DNA of 47,725 nucleotides from a virus. The notes beneath the pieces are model-generated. The model was not told where the DNA came from. It saw only the letters and a program-made list of their open reading frames with translations, and ran no database searches. The translations under genes were made by a program, and so were the position numbers. Below are positions 37,132 to 44,542 of this stretch, piece by piece (the stretch's first letter is position 1; each line of letters begins with the position of its first letter). Where the stretch lies: positions 1 through 47,725 of IMG/VR virus record IMGVR_UViG_3300026986_000001. The stretch is one strand, 5' to 3'.

Positions 37132-37439
37132 ACTGGCTATTCTCCGCGGTATCTGACTGCGTCCGCGTGGCTTCTGGACGTCGTCGTAGAACACCCGTTC
37201 GCGGAACGCGTAGAGGAATCTGTACCCAGCGGGAGGGATAATAGTGGTTTATCCCGTCCAGATAGTACCACGTTCGCGTTCTCCGCGCTGACAGCACGCT
37301 CGCCACGCTGAACCCCTGTTCTTCGAGTGGAGGAACCCGGTTTCTCGGACGCTACCCCCGGGGGAGTGACGGGTAGACACCGGTTCTTCTCACCGTTCGT
37401 AAACCAGATACTGCGATACCGAACACGGATTTCGGCCGG

Positions 37440-37835
37440 TCACTCGATTGCGTAGCCCCACTCCCGCAGGACATCCGCAACCTCGTCGGCGTGCTCAAGG
37501 CCGACCAAGAGTGCAGCCTCGCGCAGATCTGCCTTCTTCACAGACTCACCGAGCAGCTGCTCAACGTCACTCTTCCCCGAGCGTTCAGCGTCTACAGTGG
37601 ACGCCTGCAGGTGAAGCTGCACCGTCTTCTCACGCCCGTCCGTGATGCTCCCTCGACGATGAATCCACGGCAGCCGCGCCCTCGTTGTCGTGTCACCGCC
37701 AGCAGCCGCCGACCCACCCGTCGACTCTACGGACGAGTCCTGGTCCACGTCGCGACGACCGTCAGCGTCGTCCGCCTCAAAACTATCATCGTCGTCCCAG
37801 TCGTCGTCCGCAGCGCCGCGCTTGAATCCACCCAT
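37440..37835 (-). CDS. small protein co-transcribed with ParA (candidate centromere-binding adaptor)
   Basis: ATGA overlap with parA. Acidic disordered N-terminus and a structured C-terminal roughly 60 aa. The role is inferred from operon position. Confidence 0.6.
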   Translation of the reverse strand: MGGFKRGAADDDWDDDDSFEADDADGRRDVDQDSSVESTGGSAAAGGDTTTRARLPWIHRRGSITDGREKTVQLHLQASTVDAERSGKSDVEQLLGESVKKADLREAALLVGLEHADEVADVLREWGYAIE

Positions 37836-38722
37836 CAGGCAGTCACCTCGGTTTCATCCTCGTCGTCGAGCGCACCGGGCTCGGGTGGGTTCGGGGCCTC
37901 GATTCCGCCAACGTCCTCGATGAACCGCGCGATGTCGTCAAACTGCGCGAGCGTATCCACTTCGTAGTCTCGGCGCTGCCCGCGATGCTCACGCACGTAC
38001 CGGAACGCCGAGCACTGTTGCCGCCAGCACCCCTCCATCAGCGATGTCCGGTCCCCGATCACTGCGGGGACGTCGTACGGGATCTCCTCCAGGAGGTCTC
38101 GCTGGTCGCTCGTCCCCTTCACCCCAACGGGGACAGCGCCGAGGACACCGACGTCAATGGATAGTTGATCTGCGAAGTTCCGGGCGAGTTCCTCCAGGCC
38201 CTCAACTGCTGCTTGCCCTTTCGCGCTCGGTTCGACTGGGAGGAAGAGGTTTCGCGTGGCGTAGATCGCGTTGTAGAGGTGTGCGCCCTCGGTTGCCGGC
38301 GGGTCGACGATGACGACGTCGTACTCGCTGGGGATGCCGGCGTCTTGGAGGACGCGCCGCAGCTGGGCGTGGACGTTGTACGCCTCGCCGAAGTCCTCTG
38401 CTTTCTGCTTCTCGCGACGGAGGTGGTCTTCGAGGTCTGAGAGTGCGTTGTGTTCGGGGATGATGTCGACGCCTTCGGCGGTCCGAATAAGGTCATGGAA
38501 TGGGCCGCGTGGCGAGTCGACCATGTGGCGGACGATGTTGTCGGCCGACGGGTCTGCGCGGTCGTCGTCGACGTCGAACAGGCGGCTGAGGTTGCCGTCC
38601 TGGGGGTCGAGTGGGATGACGAGGACGTCGAGGCCGGCTCGGCGATGCGCGACGGCGAGGTTCGCAGCAAGCGTCGTTTTGCCGACGCCGCCTGCCTCCG
38701 AGTACACGGTGTATGCGAGCAT
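37835..38722 (-). CDS. parA: ParA/Soj-family partition ATPase
   Basis: N-terminal P-loop YSEAGGVGKTTLAANLA, VIPLDPQ, VVIVDPPA (Walker B-like). Size 295 aa. Confidence 0.85.
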   Translation of the reverse strand: MLAYTVYSEAGGVGKTTLAANLAVAHRRAGLDVLVIPLDPQDGNLSRLFDVDDDRADPSADNIVRHMVDSPRGPFHDLIRTAEGVDIIPEHNALSDLEDHLRREKQKAEDFGEAYNVHAQLRRVLQDAGIPSEYDVVIVDPPATEGAHLYNAIYATRNLFLPVEPSAKGQAAVEGLEELARNFADQLSIDVGVLGAVPVGVKGTSDQRDLLEEIPYDVPAVIGDRTSLMEGCWRQQCSAFRYVREHRGQRRDYEVDTLAQFDDIARFIEDVGGIEAPNPPEPGALDDEDETEVTA

Positions 38723-38764
38723 AGTCGATGGTGTGTGTCATAGGTAATGAATCTACGTCAGACA

Positions 38765-38830
38765 CATATCTAAGACACTTGTCTAAGACGCTCATCTAAG
38801 ATACTAAGATAAGTCCCCAAGATAAGTTAC
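38765..38830. promoter_or_regulatory. Iteron array upstream of parA (candidate centromere/operator)
   Basis: TCTAAGAC at 38769 and 38782 and TCTAAGAT at 38795, with exact 13-bp spacing, followed by AAGATAAGT twice (38806, 38820). An AT-rich TATA-like stretch at 38741-38755 lies about 27 nt upstream of the parA start. Confidence 0.6.
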
Positions 38831-38858
38831 TTCGTGTCGAGATTGCCAGACGCACCAG

Positions 38859-38906
38859 CCCTTAACCAACGCTCGGCTGAATGATACTCGCGTGTTGGTT
38901 AAGACT
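38859..38906. repeat. Hairpin element copy A (CCTTAACCAAC - spacer - GTGTTGGTTAAGACT)
   Basis: 10-bp perfect stem cttaaccaac/gttggttaag, and the loop contains gctcggct. It lies about 75 nt downstream of the 3' end of the minus-strand operon. The partner copy is at 42576-42623. Confidence 0.85.
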
Positions 38907-38978
38907 CAGCGAGAGGTAGCAGAAGTGCGAAAGCTATCGCAGTCCGCGGTTTACGAGTGTAACCGCCCGAGAGAAAAT

Positions 38979-39284
38979 CTAAACCGGGTACTCAACGTCG
39001 AACTGTTCCTTCGCCTTCTCGCCGGGGTACCACCACATGCTGTTCTCGTCGTGCTCCAGCCACCCGGCTTGCGCCATCACGGAAAGGGTCCGGCGAATCG
39101 TTCGGTCCTGTGACCGACGGAGGCCAGCTCGACGACGGATACGCCACGCCTGAAACGGAAGCGGACGATCAGCGAGCAGGGAGAGTGCCGCGTCCCAGAC
39201 GCGGTCGCGGGTAGTCGCGTCGTCAATACTGTCCGCGACTGCGTCGGCTTGTTCGTACGGGGCTGTGCTATTGGTCTCGGACAT
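38979..39284 (-). CDS. small winged-helix-like protein (101 aa)
   Basis: TIRRTLSVMAQAGWLEHDE resembles a recognition helix plus wing. Mixed acidic and basic composition. Confidence 0.6.
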   Translation of the reverse strand: MSETNSTAPYEQADAVADSIDDATTRDRVWDAALSLLADRPLPFQAWRIRRRAGLRRSQDRTIRRTLSVMAQAGWLEHDENSMWWYPGEKAKEQFDVEYPV

Positions 39285-39289
39285 ATCTG

Positions 39290-39802
39290 TCAGTCCTCGC
39301 GTTCATCAGTAGGCTTGTTCTCACGCGCGACAGCCATCTTCTCCTCAACCTCTTCCTGGAACGCCTCGCTGCCTTCCGCCTGCTCAATGAGGTGGTCGAT
39401 GAAGTTGTTCACCGCGAAGGTCGGCTGGAAGTTCTCCTGGAGAATCAGGGTCACGCCGACTGTGGTGTAGTCCTCGATCTCGACGTCGTCGACGTAGCCA
39501 TGCTCGGGCACTGGCTTGCACTTCACGTCGACTGGCCGCGCCTGCCACTTCCCGACCGACTTGGGGATGGAGATGTCGGCCTGCCAGTGCGTCGTCTCGT
39601 AGCTCGTGAGCCGTGCTTCAAAGCCGTCGCGCTCCCAGACGAGCTCGTCGTCCTCGATGCGGACGTTGTCACCGGGTGCCTCCTCGGGGTACTCCTCCCA
39701 TTCGGGGAGGACGCGGACGTCCTGCTGGGGTTCCACGAACTCGCGGTCCATGACCTCGTCGGGCGTCAGTTCTTCTTCCTCGATTTGGTCCTTCGTGACC
39801 AT
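39290..39802 (-). CDS. hypothetical acidic protein (170 aa)
   Basis: Very acidic ORF. TATA-like GGTTATACGG (39827-39833, minus strand) lies about 27 nt upstream of the ATG, which suggests a leaderless transcript. Confidence 0.75.
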   Translation of the reverse strand: MVTKDQIEEEELTPDEVMDREFVEPQQDVRVLPEWEEYPEEAPGDNVRIEDDELVWERDGFEARLTSYETTHWQADISIPKSVGKWQARPVDVKCKPVPEHGYVDDVEIEDYTTVGVTLILQENFQPTFAVNNFIDHLIEQAEGSEAFQEEVEEKMAVARENKPTDERED

Positions 39803-39895
39803 ACGCTACCAACACCCCGAAACGCCGTATAACCGCGTCTCAGCGCACACATCTGGCCGTTTCGAGGACACGCCGTGTCCGCTCATCAGTCGTAG

Positions 39896-40264
39896 CTACT
39901 CGCCATCGAGAATCGCCTCCATGCGGTCGAGGGCGGCTTCGAGGTCGTCACCGTTCAGTTGTTCGTGTGCGTGTTGGGCGTCCGCGAGGGCGTCGCGGAG
40001 CGCGTCGACGTCGACGGTCGTGTCTTCGGTCTCGGTGCCGGGGCGAGGGTCGTCCACCAGCTCGTAGAGGCCGGTTTCGAGGCGGTCGACGTGACCGTGT
40101 TCGCTGAGTCGTTTGAGGCGTTGGCTGACGTAGCTGCGGTCGGTGTCGGTTCGTTCGGCGATGAACGTTGGGGTGCCGCGGCCGTCTTGGAGTTCGTTGA
40201 GGACGCGGCGGTCTGCGTCGTTGAGGTCGTCGGGGTCGAGCACTGGGTGTTGCTCCGCGTGCAT
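39896..40264 (-). CDS. winged-helix transcription regulator (candidate repressor)
   Basis: DADRRVLNELQDGRGTPTFIAERTDTDRSYVSQRLKRLSEHGHVDRLETGLYEL is a MarR/ArsR-type wHTH. First gene of the minus-strand arm of a divergent promoter region. Confidence 0.75.
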   Translation of the reverse strand: MHAEQHPVLDPDDLNDADRRVLNELQDGRGTPTFIAERTDTDRSYVSQRLKRLSEHGHVDRLETGLYELVDDPRPGTETEDTTVDVDALRDALADAQHAHEQLNGDDLEAALDRMEAILDGE

Positions 40265-40443
40265 ACACTAACTTTCTTTTCCAACCCTAAGTAATTACTG
40301 TCTATTACAACAGTAATTGGTAACGCTCCGTTAGTTATTAGTGGGTGGCGCTACAAGACTGTAGTAGAGCCCGAGGACGCCGCCCAGAATGGAAAGGGTG
40401 GCCGCGTGCCATCAACACGCGACCTCGGGTCCACAACAGACCC
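40265..40443. promoter_or_regulatory. AT-rich divergent promoter region with palindromic operator
   Basis: AATTACTGT-ctattaca-ACAGTAATT at 40293-40318. The left arm overlaps the TATA-like stretch about 27 nt upstream of the 40264 start. A further AT-rich ttagttattag is at 40331-40341. Confidence 0.6.
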
Positions 40444-40890
40444 ATGAGCACCCACACACCGAAAACGCAAGACGGTATCGAAGCACTCCACAAGGAAACC
40501 GACCCGCGGCCGGTGCCCGAAGCGTGGCTCGACGACGCCCCGCACGCCAACGTCGACGCCGACGAAACGCGGTACTACGCCGTCCTCCACACCATCGAGA
40601 AGAGCGTCGCCGACGACCACGACGTCCTCGCCGGCCACAAGCAGGGGCGTGCCGAGGACTGGACCGTCCACGTCCTCTTCGTGCGCGCTGACGGCAAGCG
40701 CCGCGTCGAACAGCCCTACGACGCCCGCGTCATCGAGACCGCCGACGGCCTCGACGTCACGCCCCGCGACTTCCGCGCGAGCATCGCCGTCGACGGCCGC
40801 GACATCACGCCCGTCTCCCGCCCCCGCACGACCGACATCGAGCGCGCTCTGAGCGAGCTCCACAACATCGAGGTGGCCGACGATGAGTAA
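40444..40890 (+). CDS. hypothetical protein (148 aa, MSTHTPKTQD...)
   Basis: ATG at 40444. The upstream part of the track ORF is Arg-rich. Acidic product. Confidence 0.75.
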   Translation: MSTHTPKTQDGIEALHKETDPRPVPEAWLDDAPHANVDADETRYYAVLHTIEKSVADDHDVLAGHKQGRAEDWTVHVLFVRADGKRRVEQPYDARVIETADGLDVTPRDFRASIAVDGRDITPVSRPRTTDIERALSELHNIEVADDE

Positions 40891-41206
40891 CGGATTCGCG
40901 CACAAGCTCACGTACGCCGGCAGCGACCCCTACGGGCCTGAAGAGGACCGTGAGGACATCACTCACGAGGAGTACGAGCTCCTCACGCAGGACGAGGCCT
41001 ACCGGAAGCTCGCGGAACTCCGGTACATCTCCGATGTCCTCGAGGCCGACCTCGACGGCCGCGACGACGTTCCCGACGCCACGCAAGACGCCCTGTACGA
41101 AATCTACTTGGGGCGGGACGCGCCGGTAAAGCGCGCCGTCGACGCGTACGTTGACGAGTGGCTGGCCGACCACCGCGACGGTGAAGAACCGGAGGTGTCG
41201 GCGTGA
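40883..41206 (+). CDS. hypothetical acidic protein (107 aa)
   Basis: Overlaps the upstream stop. Acidic helical sequence. Confidence 0.75.
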   Translation: MSNGFAHKLTYAGSDPYGPEEDREDITHEEYELLTQDEAYRKLAELRYISDVLEADLDGRDDVPDATQDALYEIYLGRDAPVKRAVDAYVDEWLADHRDGEEPEVSA

Positions 41207-41679
41207 TGCTATCCACGCAGGACCTTCGTGGCCGCCAGAGCGAGCTGGCCGCGCACTTCGCCAGCGACTTCGACGCGACCCTCCTCCACAACCGCGTCCA
41301 CGAACGCGTCGGCGAGGACAACGAGACGGAGCACATCTTCGACGCCGCCGTGGACGTTGCCCGCGTCCGCGACGTCCGCCGCGACCGGCTTGGGGACGGC
41401 AGCGAGTTCGGCGACTCCTCGCCCGCCGTCGCTCGGCTCTCATACGTCGGCCGCCAGCGCGCGCTGGAGGTCGTCGCCGAGACCTGCGCCGAGGTCCTCA
41501 CCGAGGCGACCGAGTGGACCGATGCGTGGGACCCGGAGGCTATCGAGGCAGCGCGCATCGAGGCGGCGCGCTGGCTCCAACACCAGACCAACGCCGCGTC
41601 CCGCGCCGGCGTCCTCGACGTACTGGCGGACTACAGCGACGACCCCCGGATGGACATCGCGCTCGGTGATTCGGCATGA
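41203..41679 (+). CDS. hypothetical protein (158 aa)
   Basis: GTG at 41203 or ATG at 41206, 8 nt after GGAGGTG. Ends in the conserved junction cggtgattcggcATGagc. Confidence 0.75.
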   Translation: MMLSTQDLRGRQSELAAHFASDFDATLLHNRVHERVGEDNETEHIFDAAVDVARVRDVRRDRLGDGSEFGDSSPAVARLSYVGRQRALEVVAETCAEVLTEATEWTDAWDPEAIEAARIEAARWLQHQTNAASRAGVLDVLADYSDDPRMDIALGDSA

Positions 41680-41894
41680 GCTACGAGTGCGAGAACTGCG
41701 GCGCCGCGTACCAGTTCGGCCCCGCCGGCGAATCCCTCGTCTCCATCAGCATCTTCCACAACGGCGCGAGTGGCGAGGACTACACGGCCCAGATCTGTCC
41801 GGACTGCTACCACGACCTCCTCGAAGAGTTCCGCGACGCCGTCAACGCGCCCGACCGCGACGAAGACAACGAGGACACGGAGGGCGATAGCTGA
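41676..41894 (+). CDS. small zinc-ribbon protein (72 aa)
   Basis: CENCG...CPDC. Confidence 0.7.
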   Translation: MSYECENCGAAYQFGPAGESLVSISIFHNGASGEDYTAQICPDCYHDLLEEFRDAVNAPDRDEDNEDTEGDS

Positions 41895-42208
41895 TGGCGA
41901 CGAGCAGCCACGCCGGCCAACCGGCGGACCTCTCCGAATTGGATGCGCGCGCGCTGACGGAAGCAATGACGGTGCTCCCGGATGCGCCCGGAATGTACGT
42001 GGTTGTCTCCGGCAGCGGCAGCGAGTACGTCGTCGACGCCCGCGGCGGCGCGTGTACGTGTCCGGACGCCCGCTACCGGGACCGGACGTGCAAGCACCAG
42101 CGCCGCGTCGCCTACGAGCTCGGCGAGCGCGACCTCCCGGACTGGGCGGACCACAGCAGTCTCGACGCGCACTTCCGCGAGTTCGTCACTCCCTCCGAGA
42201 ACGCATGA
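41894..42208 (+). CDS. SWIM-type zinc-finger protein (104 aa)
   Basis: CTCPDARYRDRTCKH fits the CxCx(n)CxH pattern. Confidence 0.7.
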   Translation: MATSSHAGQPADLSELDARALTEAMTVLPDAPGMYVVVSGSGSEYVVDARGGACTCPDARYRDRTCKHQRRVAYELGERDLPDWADHSSLDAHFREFVTPSENA

Positions 42209-42528
42209 GAGACCCGCTGAAGAACACGAAATATCGGTCGTTCACGCGGTCGGACACGAACTTCACGCTCGTCCGCTCGGAGACGCCCATCGACGTCGAC
42301 GGCTACAAGCTCGGGGAGATGACCGGGCTCGTCCAGTGTGACGAGTGCGAGCAGACTGGTCAGAACGTTGACGAGATACCGCACCGGGATGGCTGCAGTC
42401 AGAGCGATGTCCACTCGTGGTACTGGCTGGTCGTCCACGGGTTCATCGACGCGACCGACGTTCCGAGCAGGTATCAGGACGCCATGCCGGATGTGGCCGC
42501 GCCGTCGTCGGCGCCGTACAACGACTAA
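42205..42528 (+). CDS. hypothetical protein with CDEC motif (107 aa, MRDPLKNTKY...)
   Basis: ATG at 42205 in an ATGA overlap with the previous stop. The upstream part of track ORF 41770..42528 is Arg/Pro-rich. Confidence 0.7.
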   Translation: MRDPLKNTKYRSFTRSDTNFTLVRSETPIDVDGYKLGEMTGLVQCDECEQTGQNVDEIPHRDGCSQSDVHSWYWLVVHGFIDATDVPSRYQDAMPDVAAPSSAPYND

Positions 42529-42575
42529 CCCCGCAGTTCCGACTGCAGTTTTCGCCCTCGTGGGCTTCAACGAAT

Positions 42576-42623
42576 CCTTAACCAACAGCCGAGCGTGACG
42601 CCGCCGCCGTGTTGGTTAAGACT
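42576..42623. repeat. Hairpin element copy B (CCTTAACCAAC - spacer - GTGTTGGTTAAGACT)
   Basis: Same 10-bp stem and same flanks as copy A. The loop contains agccgagc, the reverse complement of the copy A octamer. It lies about 50 nt after the end of the plus-strand operon and about 35 nt before the orc1/cdc6 TATA-like box. Confidence 0.85.
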
Positions 42624-42653
42624 GCTTGGGCCGGGGGCCGGAATTCACCCCGG

Positions 42654-42666
42654 ATGTTTTACCCTC
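42654..42666 (+). promoter_or_regulatory. TATA-like box GTTTTACCC upstream of orc1/cdc6
   Basis: The T-run starts 29 nt upstream of the ATG at 42686, which fits a leaderless haloarchaeal transcript. The same TTTTACC core recurs at 43754. Confidence 0.45.
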
Positions 42667-42685
42667 ATAGCCGCGATTCGCTGTC

Positions 42686-43732
42686 ATGATCACCAAGCCC
42701 GCGGTCTTCGAGGACGACCACCTCCCCGACCGGCTCCTCCATCGGCACACCGAGAAGCGGGAGCTCGCACGCGGGTTTAAGCCCATCACCCGCGGAGAGC
42801 CCAGCGAGTACGTTCTCCTCGCTGGCCCCAGCGGCGTTGGGAAGACAGCACTCGCGCGGAGCAGCCTTGAAGACGTGAGTGACTTCGGGAGCGTCGACAC
42901 CGGGTTCGTGCGCGCGATGGGGAAGCGGACAGGGTCGATTCTCCGCGACATCATCGACGAGCACCCCCGCGAGATGGACGTCAGTCACTCCACGCCTGTC
43001 GAGGAGCTACCGAAGCGACTCGCCGCGGCGACCACGCGCCCGTACGTCGTCGTGCTTGACGAGGCCGACGACCTCCCCAGTACGGATGTCCTCGACGCGC
43101 TGCGGCGGTGCCGGTGGGTGTCCGTCGTCGTGGTGACCCATGACCAGACCCGGTTCGAGTCTCGCACCAGTGCGCCGTTCTCGATTACGCTCAACGTCGA
43201 CCGCTTCAAGAGCGCGGAGCTGGCGGACATCCTCGAAGCGCGCGCCCACGAGGGCCTGCAGGGTGGCGTGGTCTCTCGTGGACAGCTGGAGTCCATCGCG
43301 GACACGGTCGCGGGCGTTGCCCGCTGGGGTATCCAGTCGCTGCGAGCGGCCGCGGAGCTCGCCAGCGAGCGCGGGCACTCGACTATCAAGTCCCACGACG
43401 TGCGAGACTGCTACGAGCGGGCGCGCGGCCGGATTCGCGCGTCGAACCTCCAGTCGCTCCCCGTGCATCATCACGTTCTGTACGAAATCGTGCGGCAGGC
43501 GGGCGCGTGCTCGGGGGAGGAGGTCCACGACCAATATGAGCGAGTGGCCGACAGGGTCTACGATGGCCTTACTGTCGCGCCGGTCGGCCGGCGGAGCCGG
43601 CGGAACAAGCTGGCGAAGCTCGCTGCGTACGACTTGATTGACTTCGCCGAGGAACGTGGGGGGCGCAGGTACCGTGTGCTCGACGAGGACTTGGAGTCCG
43701 AAGTGGTGGCGTTGCCGTCGGTGCGTGCGTAG
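42686..43732 (+). CDS. orc1/cdc6: Orc1/Cdc6-family AAA+ replication initiator
   Basis: N-terminal VFEDDHLPDRLLHR, Walker A GPSGVGKT, Walker B VVVLDEADDL. The C-terminal part with VLYEIV...RRSRRNKLAKLAAYDLI fits the winged-helix domain. Confidence 0.85.
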   Translation: MITKPAVFEDDHLPDRLLHRHTEKRELARGFKPITRGEPSEYVLLAGPSGVGKTALARSSLEDVSDFGSVDTGFVRAMGKRTGSILRDIIDEHPREMDVSHSTPVEELPKRLAAATTRPYVVVLDEADDLPSTDVLDALRRCRWVSVVVVTHDQTRFESRTSAPFSITLNVDRFKSAELADILEARAHEGLQGGVVSRGQLESIADTVAGVARWGIQSLRAAAELASERGHSTIKSHDVRDCYERARGRIRASNLQSLPVHHHVLYEIVRQAGACSGEEVHDQYERVADRVYDGLTVAPVGRRSRRNKLAKLAAYDLIDFAEERGGRRYRVLDEDLESEVVALPSVRA

Positions 43733-43750
43733 GGGGGTCGGAAATCACCC

Positions 43751-43763
43751 GCCTTTTTACCGT
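43751..43763 (+). promoter_or_regulatory. CCTTTTTACC: oligo-T terminator for orc1/cdc6 and/or TATA-like box for the next gene
   Basis: T5 run 22 nt after the orc1/cdc6 stop and about 33 nt before the ATG at 43788. Confidence 0.4.
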
Positions 43764-43787
43764 GTATCCGGCCGTCGGGTGTCGTGT

Positions 43788-44015
43788 ATGCCGACGCTTG
43801 AAACCAGAGCCGGACAGGTCTCGCTCACGAAGCTACGCCGCGTCGAAGGTGGTGCTCGCGTCGCCGTCGAGAAGGGCGACCGGAAATGGAACGTCGACGT
43901 GCTCGATAGCGGCGAAGTCCAGATCGTGGCGTCGTGGCGTGATGGGGAGTTGGCGGACGTCCACCTTCCCGAGGAGATTCGGGAGCGGCTGACTGAGTAC
44001 GCGAGCCAGAAATGA
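43788..44015 (+). CDS. small hypothetical protein (75 aa, MPTLETRAGQ...)
   Basis: ATG at 43788 inside track ORF 43638..44015. The upstream part overlaps orc1/cdc6 in another frame. Confidence 0.6.
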   Translation: MPTLETRAGQVSLTKLRRVEGGARVAVEKGDRKWNVDVLDSGEVQIVASWRDGELADVHLPEEIRERLTEYASQK

Positions 44016-44020
44016 GGGAA

Positions 44021-44242
44021 TCAGTCAGCCGTCGGAGCCGCCCGGTTCAGATTTCCCTCAAGCTCGCCCTCCTCCGCGAAGTATTCGCGGACTTCTGGGG
44101 GGATGTCTTCCTCGTCGAGGAAGTCCTCCACGACTTTGCGGAGGAGGTCGGCTTCCGAAACGTCGCGTCTCATCGCGGCGATTTGGAATTCGGTCTTGGT
44201 GTCGTCGTCGACGACCGCGGAGATTCGGGATTCCTCAGCCAT
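44021..44242 (-). CDS. ribbon-helix-helix (CopG-like) DNA-binding protein
   Basis: MAEESRISAVVDDDTKTEFQIAAMRRDVSEADLLRKVVEDFL has the strand-helix-helix pattern. The track start (TTG at 44320) and an ATG at 44275 are alternative starts. Confidence 0.65.
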   Translation of the reverse strand: MAEESRISAVVDDDTKTEFQIAAMRRDVSEADLLRKVVEDFLDEEDIPPEVREYFAEEGELEGNLNRAAPTAD

Positions 44243-44359
44243 GTTCCACACGTCCACGCGACTGTTGAAGAACATTGCCCCATGACTACCGCACAATGAA
44301 CCTGTGGAACAGCGGAACAATTATTATAGGAGCGCTGTAACAATGGAACACAGGATAGG

Positions 44360-44542
44360 ATGAAGGAAGCAAAACTAACCGGCGATGTTCGGGCGCGAGT
44401 AACCGACAACGTGGAAGACGCTGTCGAGAAACTCGCTCACGACCGTAGTGAACCGGGGGACCCGACCCACGGTTCCGACATCGTCCGGGACGCGCTGGAG
44501 GACTACGAGCCACTCCAGCCGTATCTCGAAGACGAAGAATAG
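44360..44542 (+). CDS. small RHH-like protein (60 aa)
   Basis: VRARVTDNVEDAVEKLAH...SDIVRDALEDY. The TATA-like TTATTATAGG at 44321-44330 lies about 35 nt upstream. Confidence 0.6.
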   Translation: MKEAKLTGDVRARVTDNVEDAVEKLAHDRSEPGDPTHGSDIVRDALEDYEPLQPYLEDEE

